A stretch of DNA of 64,000 nt from Bacteroidaceae bacterium (GTDB lineage: Bacteria; Bacteroidota; Bacteroidia; Bacteroidales; Bacteroidaceae), in contig JAKSJA010000001.1 of assembly GCA_024398495.1 (NCBI GenBank), positions 25,897-89,896 of the forward strand, written 5' to 3'. A program made the position numbers and the translations under genes. How positions within the stretch are numbered: position 1 is the stretch's first letter; each line of letters begins with the position of its first letter. The notes below the pieces were generated by a model. That model was not told the DNA's origin, did no database searches, and saw only the letters and a list, made by a program, of their open reading frames with translations. This document shows, in pieces, positions 29,481-39,798 of the stretch.

Positions 29481-30368
29481 TCAATTATCAATTGTAAAGT
29501 CGCACGTGATAGGATAATGGTCGGATACATAAGGTACACCCCATATTGGCTCATCGTAAGTTTGGAATTTCAGAGGTGTTGCATTGCGGTAGAAGATGTA
29601 GTCAAGAGTACAAGGATATGTGTCTTTTCTTACGGTGAAACCGTTGAAAGAACTCTTTGCATCAGTCAAAGGTGACATGATTCTTGCATCAAGAAGCCAC
29701 GTGTAAAATGGTATTAGAGAATTTCGGCGTGAGTCCTTTACGTTAAAACAAGCATTCATGTCACCGACTATGAAAATTGTTGCCTTTTCACCGGCAATCT
29801 TTTTCATCTGTGTGATGATTGTCTCCGCACATTTTGCGCGTGCTGTATTGTCTTCCGGTGTTGTTTTATAAGGCGTGTGTGTTGTTACGATATAGAATGT
29901 TTTATGTGAAGCGGTGCTTTTCAGTTTAATCCACATGGCTGCACGGATGTTATTTCTGTCAGTAGTACAGAAAGACGGAGCCGGTACTTTCGGATTGTCG
30001 TTGAGCCAGAAATATCCCTTTTTTGATTCCGTATATTTGTTCTTGTCATAGAAAATCATGATACGCCCTGCCTTGTCGATGCTATATCCAGGGGCTTCGA
30101 GTATTTCGTACGAAGCATATTCTGTCAACATCTGCTTGATGTCCTTAATCTGCTTTTCTCCGCGTGGTTCCTGCATGCCGATGACATCCGGTTTGACAGT
30201 ATTGATAAGTAGTCCACAAGGTTGTCGGCGTGCTTCCCAAGACGTCAATGCTGTATCTTTGGGATTGTTGAAACGGATGTTGAATGACATTACCTTAATC
30301 TGTTCGGCGCAGGTAACAGAAAAGACAAACATGCAGTTTATTACTATCAATAGAAAACGAAGTTTCAT
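29481..30368 (-). CDS. Exported endonuclease/exonuclease/phosphatase (EEP) family protein
   Basis: Signal peptide; SFNIR, GMQE, TTH, GDMN, LDYIF, SDHYP catalytic motifs. Confidence 0.9.
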   Translation of the reverse strand: MKLRFLLIVINCMFVFSVTCAEQIKVMSFNIRFNNPKDTALTSWEARRQPCGLLINTVKPDVIGMQEPRGEKQIKDIKQMLTEYASYEILEAPGYSIDKAGRIMIFYDKNKYTESKKGYFWLNDNPKVPAPSFCTTDRNNIRAAMWIKLKSTASHKTFYIVTTHTPYKTTPEDNTARAKCAETIITQMKKIAGEKATIFIVGDMNACFNVKDSRRNSLIPFYTWLLDARIMSPLTDAKSSFNGFTVRKDTYPCTLDYIFYRNATPLKFQTYDEPIWGVPYVSDHYPITCDFTIDN

Positions 30369-30420
30369 ATTTAGGAGTTTAAGTCAATTGTCAATTATTA
30401 TAACTCCACAAATGGTCGGA

Positions 30421-30454
30421 TTACGTAATTTTTGCCGATTATGTTTTATATAAT
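30421..30454 (+). promoter_or_regulatory. Putative ECF-sigma promoter TTACGTA-N15-GTTTTATATAAT upstream of fecR
   Basis: Same two boxes with the same 15-nt spacing at 50017-50050. Confidence 0.55.
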
Positions 30455-30471
30455 AAAAAATAGGTAAAACT

Positions 30472-31362
30472 ATGATTACAAAATCAGGACTGAAGATGTA
30501 TTTGAATGGTCTGCTTGATAAGAAGCAGACGGATGATTTCATGGATGACTTTATTGAAAATGTGGACAATCCAAAATTAGATGAATTGCTTGTGGATGAA
30601 TTCTTCGTACACAAGAAGATAAGTCTGGTGAAGCATATTAGTATTGCAGCATCGATATTGCTGATAGTTGCCTTTGCATTGCATTACATTTCGTTCTCAT
30701 CGAGCAATGTGGACAATAGCGATGAACTGGTTGTGGTGACCACGACTACAGGCGTGACCCGTACGGTGGTGCTGCCGGATTCTTCTGAGGTGCTGTTGCA
30801 ACCTGAGAGCAAGTTGGTGTATGAAAAGGCTATGAAGGGTGGTACGAGGTCTGTAAGTCTGGAAGGCGAAGCATATCTGCAGGTGGCAAAAGATCCGTCA
30901 CGCATGTTTGTCCTGCATTGTGAAACGGCAGACGTAAAGGTCTATGGAACTTCTTTCAATGTGTCGTCTTATGCAGAAGATGACAATTTTACCGTGACCT
31001 TGTATGACGGTAGGGTGGTGACAGAATCGCATTTCAAAAACAAGGTGACAGCAACGGATATGAAACCGGGAGAACATCTTATCCTTAACAAACGCTCCGG
31101 CAATGTGAAGTTGCTTAACATCCCTTCAATACAACAGACTGACGGGACTTTTCAATGGAAAAACAATATCCTTTTTGTTGACGAACCTCTGTGCAACATA
31201 TTGCGGAAATTGGAACGCAGATATGATGTGACCATTTCTATGGAAGATACGACAGCAAAACACACGAAGTTATATGCTGTCTTTGTGAATGATGAAAGTC
31301 TCATAGATATGCTGAAGACTTTTTCTGCGGCTTCCAATACCTCTTTCCGCATAAGAGAGTGA
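30472..31362 (+). CDS. fecR: FecR-family anti-sigma factor
   Basis: TM segment, VVLPDSSEVLL, RSVSLEGEAYLQVAKD, VYGTSFNV, LERRYDVTI. Precedes an STN-bearing SusC. Confidence 0.9.
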   Translation: MITKSGLKMYLNGLLDKKQTDDFMDDFIENVDNPKLDELLVDEFFVHKKISLVKHISIAASILLIVAFALHYISFSSSNVDNSDELVVVTTTTGVTRTVVLPDSSEVLLQPESKLVYEKAMKGGTRSVSLEGEAYLQVAKDPSRMFVLHCETADVKVYGTSFNVSSYAEDDNFTVTLYDGRVVTESHFKNKVTATDMKPGEHLILNKRSGNVKLLNIPSIQQTDGTFQWKNNILFVDEPLCNILRKLERRYDVTISMEDTTAKHTKLYAVFVNDESLIDMLKTFSAASNTSFRIRE

Positions 31363-31414
31363 TAACTGTTTACGATGAATGTTAACAAAATCAATAACCA
31401 ATTATAGTTTATTT

Positions 31415-34400
31415 ATGGACAACAAAAACAATTTCCAAAGACATCTGCGACTGTTCATGGCAGTCGTATTGGTTTTTGTGGGGTTGATGCTTCCTGCCAT
31501 GTCGTATGCGGCAGGATTTACCTTTACCTGCAAGAACATCCCTGTTTCAGAAGCAATAAACAAGTTGCAGAAGGAACAATCCTATTCTGTCATTGTCAAG
31601 GCTGACAAGATTGACATGACGCGTACCGTAAGCGTCAATCTCAAGCATGCTACAGCAGACAATGTGATACGTCAGATATTTGCTGGTCAGAATGTTGATT
31701 TCAGCATCAACGGGAAGACTATCATCGTCATTGACAAGGCACCCGTAGCGGAGAACACCGTTACTGCAACACAGAAACCAGAAAGACGTGGTACTGTCTT
31801 CGATGATTCTGATGAGCCTATCATCGGTGCTGTGGTGAAAAACCTCACTACAGGCAAGCAGGCACTTACTGACATTGACGGAAACTTCTCCATAGAAGCA
31901 GAGAGCGGTCAGAGTCTGTCTGTTTCCTACGTAGGATACGCAACGAAGAAAGTAAAGGTTCCAAATGCAGGAAACATCAGTGTTAAGATCCAAAGCGACA
32001 ACAACCTGTTGAAGGAAGTTGTTGTCGTAGGTTTCGGTACTCAGAAGAAAGTGAATCTTACTGGTGCTGTAAGTGTCATTGATGCAGAAGAGATTGAAGG
32101 ACGACCAGTGGCAACAGCCGCTCAGGCTCTGCAGGGACTTGACCCGGCTCTTAACATTGGCATCAACTCCGGTATGGCAAACTCTGATTATACCATTGAC
32201 ATTCGTGGTGCATCATCATTGAATGGTGGTACTCCGCTGATTCTCGTTGATGGTGTCGAGATGGAACTGAACCGTCTGAATCCTAACGACATCGAGTCGG
32301 TATCTGTCTTGAAAGATGCTTCCGCTGCTTCTGTTTATGGTACGAAGGCATCGTCAGGTGTTGTTCTCATCACGACGAAGAGTGGCTCGGATTCAAAGAT
32401 AAAAATCAGTTACAACGGTCGTGTAGGTTTCTTGAACAATACTACCAGCACGGATTATATTACTCAAGGTTATGACTGGTTGCGTAATGTGGATAACTTC
32501 TGGGCAGCATCGAACAAGAGTGGTAACTATACGAAATACACCGATGCAGACTATGCAGAACTGTGGATGAGACGTGGTGATTCAAGTGAAAATCCAGAAC
32601 GTCCGTGGGCAGTGGTTCAGGATGACGGTTCTTATAGATACTATGCAAACTTCGACTGGTACGGATATTTCTTCAAACGTCAGCGTACACAGCAGGAACA
32701 TAACGTATCCATCCGCGGTGGAAATGAGAAGGTGAAATACTTTGTTTCAGGACGTTACTATGGTACAGAGGGTATCATGAAGATACAGAACGACCCATAC
32801 GACAACTACAGCATCCGCAGCAAGATTGATGTAAACATCACAAAGTGGTTGCATTACCATAACAACATGAGTTATTTCTATGGTAAGTCATGGTGGCCGG
32901 GAATGACAAATCCTCAGTATGCGTTTACAAACGTGACATACGGTGCAGCACCTTATATCCCTGCTCTCAACCCAGATGGCACGATAATACATAAGAATGA
33001 AAACTGTAACCAGACAGCAGATGTGGCAGGTGGCTATAACCTGATGCTCACATACGGTAAGAACTCACAGACAGAGGAGACAAACGACGTGACCATCAAG
33101 AACGGTTTTGATATAGACCTGGCAAAAGGTCTCGCCATTCACCTGAGTCATGCTTACAGATTCTCACAACTGTTTAACCAGTATCGTTATAACATTGCAC
33201 CTTATTCTACACGTGCGGGAGTCATCACATGGACACCAGACGACCCATCAGCAAAGTTCCGCAACGAGTTGAGTGAGAAAAACCGTTCTACATACAAGCA
33301 CACCTTCGAGGCATACGCCGACTATATCCATACATGGGATAAGGCCCATAACTTCAAGGCAATGGCAGGTATGCAGTATGATACACGCTATTATCATCAG
33401 AACAAGATTTCTGCAAACGGACTGCTATCCGAGGACCTTAACGACTTCAATCTTGCCGATGCCACTCTTTACACCGTGTCAGGAGGTAAGAGTCGTTACA
33501 AGACACTCGGATTCTTCTCTCGTTTGAACTATGATTATAAAGGACGTTATCTTGTAGAACTGTCAGGACGTGCCGATGGTAGTTCACGTTTCTGGAGCGA
33601 CAACCGCTGGGCATTCTTCCCTTCAGCATCATTAGGATGGCGAGTAAGTGAGGAAAAATTCTTCAAGCCAATAGAGTCATGGTGGAGCAATGCAAAGGTA
33701 CGCCTGTCTTACGGTTCTCTCGGTAACCAGCAGGTGAGCGACTATCTTTTCATCGATGAAATCGACACAAAGAAGGTTAATGCAAGTTACACCCTTGATG
33801 GTGTGAACCCACTGACATACTCACAGGAGTCAGCACCAGTGGCAAGCGACCTCACATGGGAAAAGGTGAAGACCTTTGACGTAGGTTTGGACTTAGGTTT
33901 CTTCCATAAGTTGAACGTCACAGCAGACTATTATATTCGTGATACAGAAGACATGATGGTGGCAGGAGCATCTCTTCCTGCAGTCTATGGTGCATCCGTA
34001 CCAAAGCAGAACGCAGCAGACATGCGTACAAAAGGTTGGGAAATCGGTATCACTTGGCGTGACCGCTTCAAACTGCTCGGTTCACCATTCATATACACCG
34101 TACGTGCTAACATCGGTGACTATAAGACAAAGGTAACACGCTTTGAGAACGAGACAGGCAAGATTGGCGACCACTATGAAGGCGAGACACTCGGCGAACT
34201 CTGGGGTTGGCGTACAGATGGTCTGTTCCAGACTAACGAAGAGGCAGCAGAATATGCATCAGTTGTTGACCTGACATATCTCCAGAAATATATCGTTGAC
34301 TGTAAAGCACCTTATACTGGTTGGATGGCAGGCGACTTGAAATATCTCGACCTCGATGGAGATAACAAACTGTCATTAGGAAAATCAACTATTGACGATT

Positions 34401-34993
34401 CAGGCGACCGTACCGTGATAGGAAACGTACTTCCACGCTACTCATACAGTTTCGGTGGAGACTTCACATGGAAAGGTTTCGACTTCTCTATTCTCTTCCA
34501 AGGAGTAGGAAAACGCGACTGGTATCCAGGAGCAGGTGAGTCGAACTTGTTCTGGGGCTCATATTGCCGTCCTCACAACACATTCCTCTCACAGCAGATG
34601 TTGGACAACACATGGTCAGAAGACAACCCTGGTGGTTATTTCCCACGTCAGCGTGGTTATACAGCATATTCAGGCAACTATTCACACAATGCTGAGTTGA
34701 CAGCTATCAACGACCGTTACCTGCAGGATGCATCATATCTGCGTCTGAAGAATCTCACGATAGGTTATACCCTTCCTGTATTGAAGAAATATCTTGAACA
34801 GATACGATTCTATTTCACAGGAGAAAACCTCTTCTACTGGTCACCGATGAAGAAATATACTAAATACATAGACCCTGAACAGGCTGTTTCTGGCGTATCT
34901 GTAGGTTCAGACAGCAAGAACCAAGGAATTGGTACAGGTGAGGTGTATAACTTCAGTAAGGTATTCTCATTTGGTATTGATATAACATTCTAG
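31415..34993 (+). CDS. susC: SusC/RagA TonB-dependent transducer (N-terminal STN extension)
   Basis: EVVVVGFGTQKKVNLTGAVS, VLKDASAASVYG, RADGSSRF, YLRLKNLTIGY, terminal F. Symbol is family-level. Confidence 0.95.
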   Translation: MDNKNNFQRHLRLFMAVVLVFVGLMLPAMSYAAGFTFTCKNIPVSEAINKLQKEQSYSVIVKADKIDMTRTVSVNLKHATADNVIRQIFAGQNVDFSINGKTIIVIDKAPVAENTVTATQKPERRGTVFDDSDEPIIGAVVKNLTTGKQALTDIDGNFSIEAESGQSLSVSYVGYATKKVKVPNAGNISVKIQSDNNLLKEVVVVGFGTQKKVNLTGAVSVIDAEEIEGRPVATAAQALQGLDPALNIGINSGMANSDYTIDIRGASSLNGGTPLILVDGVEMELNRLNPNDIESVSVLKDASAASVYGTKASSGVVLITTKSGSDSKIKISYNGRVGFLNNTTSTDYITQGYDWLRNVDNFWAASNKSGNYTKYTDADYAELWMRRGDSSENPERPWAVVQDDGSYRYYANFDWYGYFFKRQRTQQEHNVSIRGGNEKVKYFVSGRYYGTEGIMKIQNDPYDNYSIRSKIDVNITKWLHYHNNMSYFYGKSWWPGMTNPQYAFTNVTYGAAPYIPALNPDGTIIHKNENCNQTADVAGGYNLMLTYGKNSQTEETNDVTIKNGFDIDLAKGLAIHLSHAYRFSQLFNQYRYNIAPYSTRAGVITWTPDDPSAKFRNELSEKNRSTYKHTFEAYADYIHTWDKAHNFKAMAGMQYDTRYYHQNKISANGLLSEDLNDFNLADATLYTVSGGKSRYKTLGFFSRLNYDYKGRYLVELSGRADGSSRFWSDNRWAFFPSASLGWRVSEEKFFKPIESWWSNAKVRLSYGSLGNQQVSDYLFIDEIDTKKVNASYTLDGVNPLTYSQESAPVASDLTWEKVKTFDVGLDLGFFHKLNVTADYYIRDTEDMMVAGASLPAVYGASVPKQNAADMRTKGWEIGITWRDRFKLLGSPFIYTVRANIGDYKTKVTRFENETGKIGDHYEGETLGELWGWRTDGLFQTNEEAAEYASVVDLTYLQKYIVDCKAPYTGWMAGDLKYLDLDGDNKLSLGKSTIDDSGDRTVIGNVLPRYSYSFGGDFTWKGFDFSILFQGVGKRDWYPGAGESNLFWGSYCRPHNTFLSQQMLDNTWSEDNPGGYFPRQRGYTAYSGNYSHNAELTAINDRYLQDASYLRLKNLTIGYTLPVLKKYLEQIRFYFTGENLFYWSPMKKYTKYIDPEQAVSGVSVGSDSKNQGIGTGEVYNFSKVFSFGIDITF

Positions 34994-34997
34994 GAAT

Positions 34998-35072
34998 TAG
35001 AGGTCAGAGAGGTCAGAAAGGTCAAAGGGGTCAAAGAAGACTCTCAGACTTTTAGACTTTCAGACTTTCAGA
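34998..35072. repeat. 9-mer (GAGGTCAGA-type) and 8-mer (CAGACTTT) tandem repeats in the susC-susD spacer
   Basis: agaggtcagagaggtcagaaaggtcaaaggggtcaaag ... cagacttttagactttcagactttcagac. Confidence 0.7.
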
Positions 35073-35096
35073 CCGTAGATAATAAAAATTGATATT

Positions 35097-36914
35097 ATGC
35101 AACTAAATAAATTTTATATCGTATTGATTATGGCAGCATCATTGTTGACTGCCTGCAATCTTGATGAATATCCGGAAGATACGATTTCACCGGAGACATA
35201 TTTCAAGAATGAAAAAGAACTGAGACTGTATAGCAATCAGTTCTATACCCAACTGCCAGATGCATCTGATTTCTATCAGGAGATGTCCGATTTGGTATGC
35301 AATGGTCTGGCGTATAACGATGCAGTACGTGGATATTCACACATAGTACCAGGTACTGGTGGTGGCTGGAGTTTTACAGCACTCCGTCATATCAACTATA
35401 TGCTTAACAATCTCGACCGTTGCACTGACGTCAGTGTACGTAAGAAATACGAAGGTGTGGGACGTTTCTTCCGTGCTTATTTCTATTTCGAAAAACTGCA
35501 GCGTTTTGGTGAGGTACCTTTCTATAAAGAGGTGATAGGCTCTGGAGATGCACTTTTGTACAAAGCCCGCGATACGCGCGACTACGTGATTAAGATGATA
35601 AATGCTGATTTGGATACAGCAGCACTCTATCTGCCAGAGGCACAGGAGAGCAACATGCTCGTAAACCGTTATGCTGCATTAGCCCTTCAAGCACGTGCTA
35701 ACCTCTATGAAGGAACGTTCAGAAAGTATCACAATGGACGTGCCGAACTGAAAAACGAGACTTTGGAATATAAGCCATTGTTGCAGAAGACCGTTGAGGT
35801 TTGTGAAAAGATTATGGAAAGCAATAAATATGCGATCTACAGTCAGGGTGACAGACCTTATTATGATTTGTTTGTAAACAACGACCCTTCAAATAAGGAA
35901 TATATCCTGAGACGTTCATACGGTGTCTCCACTCACGAAGCTTCTGCATATGCACTGGTAGCATCAAAAGGTGCGGCAGGAGCAACAAGAACACTCGCAT
36001 TGGCATATCTTATGAAGAATGGTGAACGTATCACGGATCAGCCGGGATACGAGACATGGGACTACCCCGCAGAATATGCCAACCGTGACCCACGTATGGC
36101 ACAGACCCTGCTTACAAAGAGTTTCAACTACAAGGACGGAACAAAGGCAACATTCAACAAGAGTGTTTCTCTTACGGGCTATCCAATAGTGAAATATGTG
36201 GAAGGTTCAACGATGATATCCGGTTCACATGTCGATATTCCAGTCTTCCGTTATGCAGAGGTACTTCTCAATTATGCCGAAGCAAAGGCAGAATTGGATA
36301 AAATTACACAGGAAGATATTAACAAGTCTATAAAACTCCTTCGTGACCGTGTCAAGATGCCAAACCTTGATTTGGACGCAGCCAATGCACACCCAGACCC
36401 ATTCCTGTGTGGAGCACAGTATGGTTATAAGAATGTGCCGGAAGGTAAGAACAAGGGTGTCATCCTTGAGATACGCCGTGAACGTACAATAGAGATGGCA
36501 ATGGAAGGCAACAGATATCAGGACCTTGTACGTTGGCGTGAATTGTTGCGTTTCGACAATCAGACATCAGACGAGGTACGCAATGGCTACGAGTTTGCAG
36601 GTCCGTACGTATCGGGTTCTGGCAAGTTTGATATGGACGGTGACGGTACGGTAGATTTTGTTGTAAATATTCAGGGAAAACGTCCACTGTCTGCTCCGGG
36701 CGTGACAGCAGTGACGATAGGTAAAGACCTCTTCCTTGATACAGACCCAGATGGTACGAAGGGAATCACGCAGGGACATATCATTGCCCTGTACGACATG
36801 ATTCGTCGCCATGACGAAAACAGAGACTATCTGTACCCACTTCCTATTACGGAATTGACTCTGTCAAAGGGTATGCTGACACAAAATCCAAACTGGGATG
36901 ATATACCGAGATAA
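35097..36914 (+). CDS. susD: SusD/RagB nutrient-binding lipoprotein
   Basis: Lipobox LTAC; FRYAEVLLNYAEA, EIRRERTIEMAMEG.RY.DL.RW, QNPNW. Symbol is family-level. Confidence 0.95.
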   Translation: MQLNKFYIVLIMAASLLTACNLDEYPEDTISPETYFKNEKELRLYSNQFYTQLPDASDFYQEMSDLVCNGLAYNDAVRGYSHIVPGTGGGWSFTALRHINYMLNNLDRCTDVSVRKKYEGVGRFFRAYFYFEKLQRFGEVPFYKEVIGSGDALLYKARDTRDYVIKMINADLDTAALYLPEAQESNMLVNRYAALALQARANLYEGTFRKYHNGRAELKNETLEYKPLLQKTVEVCEKIMESNKYAIYSQGDRPYYDLFVNNDPSNKEYILRRSYGVSTHEASAYALVASKGAAGATRTLALAYLMKNGERITDQPGYETWDYPAEYANRDPRMAQTLLTKSFNYKDGTKATFNKSVSLTGYPIVKYVEGSTMISGSHVDIPVFRYAEVLLNYAEAKAELDKITQEDINKSIKLLRDRVKMPNLDLDAANAHPDPFLCGAQYGYKNVPEGKNKGVILEIRRERTIEMAMEGNRYQDLVRWRELLRFDNQTSDEVRNGYEFAGPYVSGSGKFDMDGDGTVDFVVNIQGKRPLSAPGVTAVTIGKDLFLDTDPDGTKGITQGHIIALYDMIRRHDENRDYLYPLPITELTLSKGMLTQNPNWDDIPR

Positions 36915-37027
36915 TTATAATATGAGAAGTCAACGGTCAACGGACAACAGCAAAAAAAACGTATAACCGCAGAACCGTATAACCGTAGACAATAAATAAT
37001 TGATAATTGATAATGGATAATTTTATT
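36915..37027. repeat. Composite short-repeat cassette (GTCAACG 7-mer, AACCGTAT 8-mer, TAATTGA 7-mer)
   Basis: taatatgagaagtcaacggtcaacgg...gtataaccgcagaaccgtataaccg...taattgataattgataa. Confidence 0.7.
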
Positions 37028-37435
37028 ATGAAAAAGATATTTTGCATTTTGGTTGTGATGCTTGGTGTTGTTGCTTTTTCATCATGTTCCGATGATGAAG
37101 GACTGCCAAAGCCACAGTTCTCAGAAATCATCGTTTCACCGGTAAAAGATGTGTATAACGTAGGTGATAAGATTGTGCTTACTGTAAAACAGATTACGGA
37201 AAATCCTGAAGACATCCGTGCAGAGAAGGAATGGTTTTTCTATCCTGACGGAAAGACGGAAAGCGACCGTATCCTGTTTGTTACACGCACAGCAGACACC
37301 AATGAATTTATCTCTCCAGAGATAACACTCACAAGGGCAGGAAACGTGGAATTGAGTTTCTGGACACAGTACGACTATCCAAATTTCAAATATGACGGAG
37401 TAACTCTGTATAAGACAATAAGCGTTATAGAATAA
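37028..37435 (+). CDS. Small PUL lipoprotein, unknown function
   Basis: MKKIFC...AFSSC lipobox followed by SDDE. Confidence 0.7.
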   Translation: MKKIFCILVVMLGVVAFSSCSDDEGLPKPQFSEIIVSPVKDVYNVGDKIVLTVKQITENPEDIRAEKEWFFYPDGKTESDRILFVTRTADTNEFISPEITLTRAGNVELSFWTQYDYPNFKYDGVTLYKTISVIE

Positions 37436-39675
37436 TGAGATTGTTTTGTTTTTTGTTGGCATTGCTGGTGTCGTTGTCTGACATCAGCAATGCAGTTTCT
37501 GCACAGTGCCATTCATTGGCTTTGCCACTTGGCTCGTCCAAGAACCCCATAGTGTTGGGAAATAAACGTATCACCGTCATCACCCAAACCCTTTTCCGTC
37601 TGGAATATGCCGAGCAGCAGCAGTTCCTTGACCTACCGACGATGTTCGCACGTGAGCGTGGGCATATCCTCGATACAGCCCTTGTCGTCACCCCATTGGA
37701 CGGGGGGAAGCAGTATGAGATAAAGACACCGTGTTTCCGTCTTGTGGTGGATAATGACAACCTGCCTTTCGGACAGATAAACACGTGGGTGTATTTCATG
37801 CGTAATGGTAAGGAGAAAAAGATTACAGGACGTAACCTGCATTCCAAGACGAAGAACTACAACCTCGGTGGTAGCATACCGACTCTTGATGCCGTTACCC
37901 ATGAGATACCTACCAATGACGGCCTGCTCAGCAGCGATGGATGGTACTATCTCATAGACACCGGCACTGACGTACTGAAAGACGGCTGGCTCACATCCCG
38001 TCACAGAGAGCATGTGCAGGACCAGTATTGTTTCGTCTATGGAGATGATTTCCATGCCCCGTTCCGTGATTTGGGAACAATATCGGGACATGTGCCGATG
38101 ACACGTAAATATCAGCATGGCATATGGTATTCGCGTTGGTATCCTTATGATGCGGAATATATCAATACCCTGATAAAAGGATACAACGAACAGGACTTCC
38201 CTCTCGACATCCTCTCCATGGACATGGACTGGCATCTTCAGGAAGAGGCTACCGTGGGCATCGGACATAACTTCACCAAAGGTTGGACAGGATTTACATG
38301 GAACAGAAAGTTGAATCCCGATCCAGAAGCCTTGATAAAAGGTCTTCTTGCCGACAGCATCCATACCACCCTCAACGAACATCCCCATGACGGGGTGTTG
38401 CCACACGAAGAGTGTTATGCCGACTTCATGCGTGCCATGGGCAAGGATCCGTCAAAGAAAGACGTCATGCTTTTTGACTGCGGTGACAGTATATATATGA
38501 AGAACTATCTCGACATCACACGCCGTGAGAACAGACGCTATGGTGTAGCCTTCTGGTGGGTTGACTGGCAGCAGGATTACGTATATCCATTTGTACGTGG
38601 CACTATGACCCCGACATTGAAATGGATAAACAAACTCTTTTATGAAGATACCGAGAAGGGCAACATGCGCGGAGCCGGTTACAGCCGCTGGGGTGGCTGG
38701 GGCGACCATCGTCACCCCATCAATTTCTCCGGTGATGCCCATGGCAACTGGGATGTGCTGGCATTTGAAGTCAAACTGTCTGCCACATCCGGCAATCAAG
38801 GATGCTATTACTGGGCACACGACATAGGAGGATTCCACGGAGGCACAGTACCGGAACTCCTTGTCCGCTGGAGTCAGTTCGGTGCACTCAGTGCAGCGTT
38901 GCGAGTCCATGCAGCCAGAGGTGCCGACCTCGACCGCCGTCCATGGCTCTGGGGCGACACTGCCACGAAGGCATTACGCACAGCATATCATTTCCGCAGT
39001 GAGATGATGCCGTACATATACAGCAGCATACGCACCACACACGAGACCATGCTCCCGCTGAACCGTTGTATGTTCGTTGATTATCCAACAGACAAGAACG
39101 CCTTTTCACGTTACGGACAGTATATGTTCGGCGACCTGTTGCTGGCAGCACCGATAACGAAACCCGGCAGGGGAGCACTGAAGACTGCCTCACAGACGGT
39201 ATGGTTCCCGGAAGGCAACGACTGGTACGACTTCTTCACGGATGAGAGACACCAAGGCGGAGAGATTACGGACATAGAAAAAGACATCTATACATTCCCC
39301 GTCTTCGTCAAGGGCGGTTGGCTGTTGCCGATGCAGCCATACAACAGACGTCCAGCCAGTTGTTCGCTGGACACATTGGTGTTGCGTCTTTATCCCGGAC
39401 AGCAAGGATGTGACAACACATTTGTGCTCTACGAAGACGATGGTGTGAGCCGTGATTATCAGAGAGGAGAGTATGCAAAGACAAGACTGCGTTATTCCCA
39501 GAAGACGGGCGAGATAACGATATATCCTACCGAAGGAACATATAAAGGTCAGGTACGGAAACGTGCCTACCGTGTAGAGTTATGCGGTTTTGACAGCAAA
39601 CGTCATTACATCAATGTCTCTCCACGGTCAATACGGAAAAAAACAATGGTAAAGGTTAGAATAAATTCTAATTAA
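37435..39675 (+). CDS. Glycoside hydrolase family 31 (GH31_u1-like alpha-glycosidase)
   Basis: GIWYSRW, LSMDMDWH, FWWVDWQQ (nucleophile), WAHDIGGF (acid/base), QYMFGD, LYEDDG. Confidence 0.88.
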   Translation: MRLFCFLLALLVSLSDISNAVSAQCHSLALPLGSSKNPIVLGNKRITVITQTLFRLEYAEQQQFLDLPTMFARERGHILDTALVVTPLDGGKQYEIKTPCFRLVVDNDNLPFGQINTWVYFMRNGKEKKITGRNLHSKTKNYNLGGSIPTLDAVTHEIPTNDGLLSSDGWYYLIDTGTDVLKDGWLTSRHREHVQDQYCFVYGDDFHAPFRDLGTISGHVPMTRKYQHGIWYSRWYPYDAEYINTLIKGYNEQDFPLDILSMDMDWHLQEEATVGIGHNFTKGWTGFTWNRKLNPDPEALIKGLLADSIHTTLNEHPHDGVLPHEECYADFMRAMGKDPSKKDVMLFDCGDSIYMKNYLDITRRENRRYGVAFWWVDWQQDYVYPFVRGTMTPTLKWINKLFYEDTEKGNMRGAGYSRWGGWGDHRHPINFSGDAHGNWDVLAFEVKLSATSGNQGCYYWAHDIGGFHGGTVPELLVRWSQFGALSAALRVHAARGADLDRRPWLWGDTATKALRTAYHFRSEMMPYIYSSIRTTHETMLPLNRCMFVDYPTDKNAFSRYGQYMFGDLLLAAPITKPGRGALKTASQTVWFPEGNDWYDFFTDERHQGGEITDIEKDIYTFPVFVKGGWLLPMQPYNRRPASCSLDTLVLRLYPGQQGCDNTFVLYEDDGVSRDYQRGEYAKTRLRYSQKTGEITIYPTEGTYKGQVRKRAYRVELCGFDSKRHYINVSPRSIRKKTMVKVRINSN

Positions 39676-39798
39676 TAATTAATAATTGATAATATGAGAG
39701 GTCAAAGGTCAACCGTATAACCGTAAAACCGTATAACCGTAAAACCGTATAACCGCAGAACCGTAAAACCGTATAACCGCAAAACCGTAAAAAATATT
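39676..39798. repeat. Composite cassette TAATTGATAATATGAGAGGTCAAAGGTC plus AACCGTA[TA] 8-mer array
   Basis: Near reverse complement of the 29325-29495 spacer. Confidence 0.8.

Noticed and set aside
29026-29517. ORFs with RLCGY/YAVM repeats (also 36937-37215 and 39702-40031)
   Set aside because: Artefacts of translating the 8-bp tandem repeats antisense to real genes.
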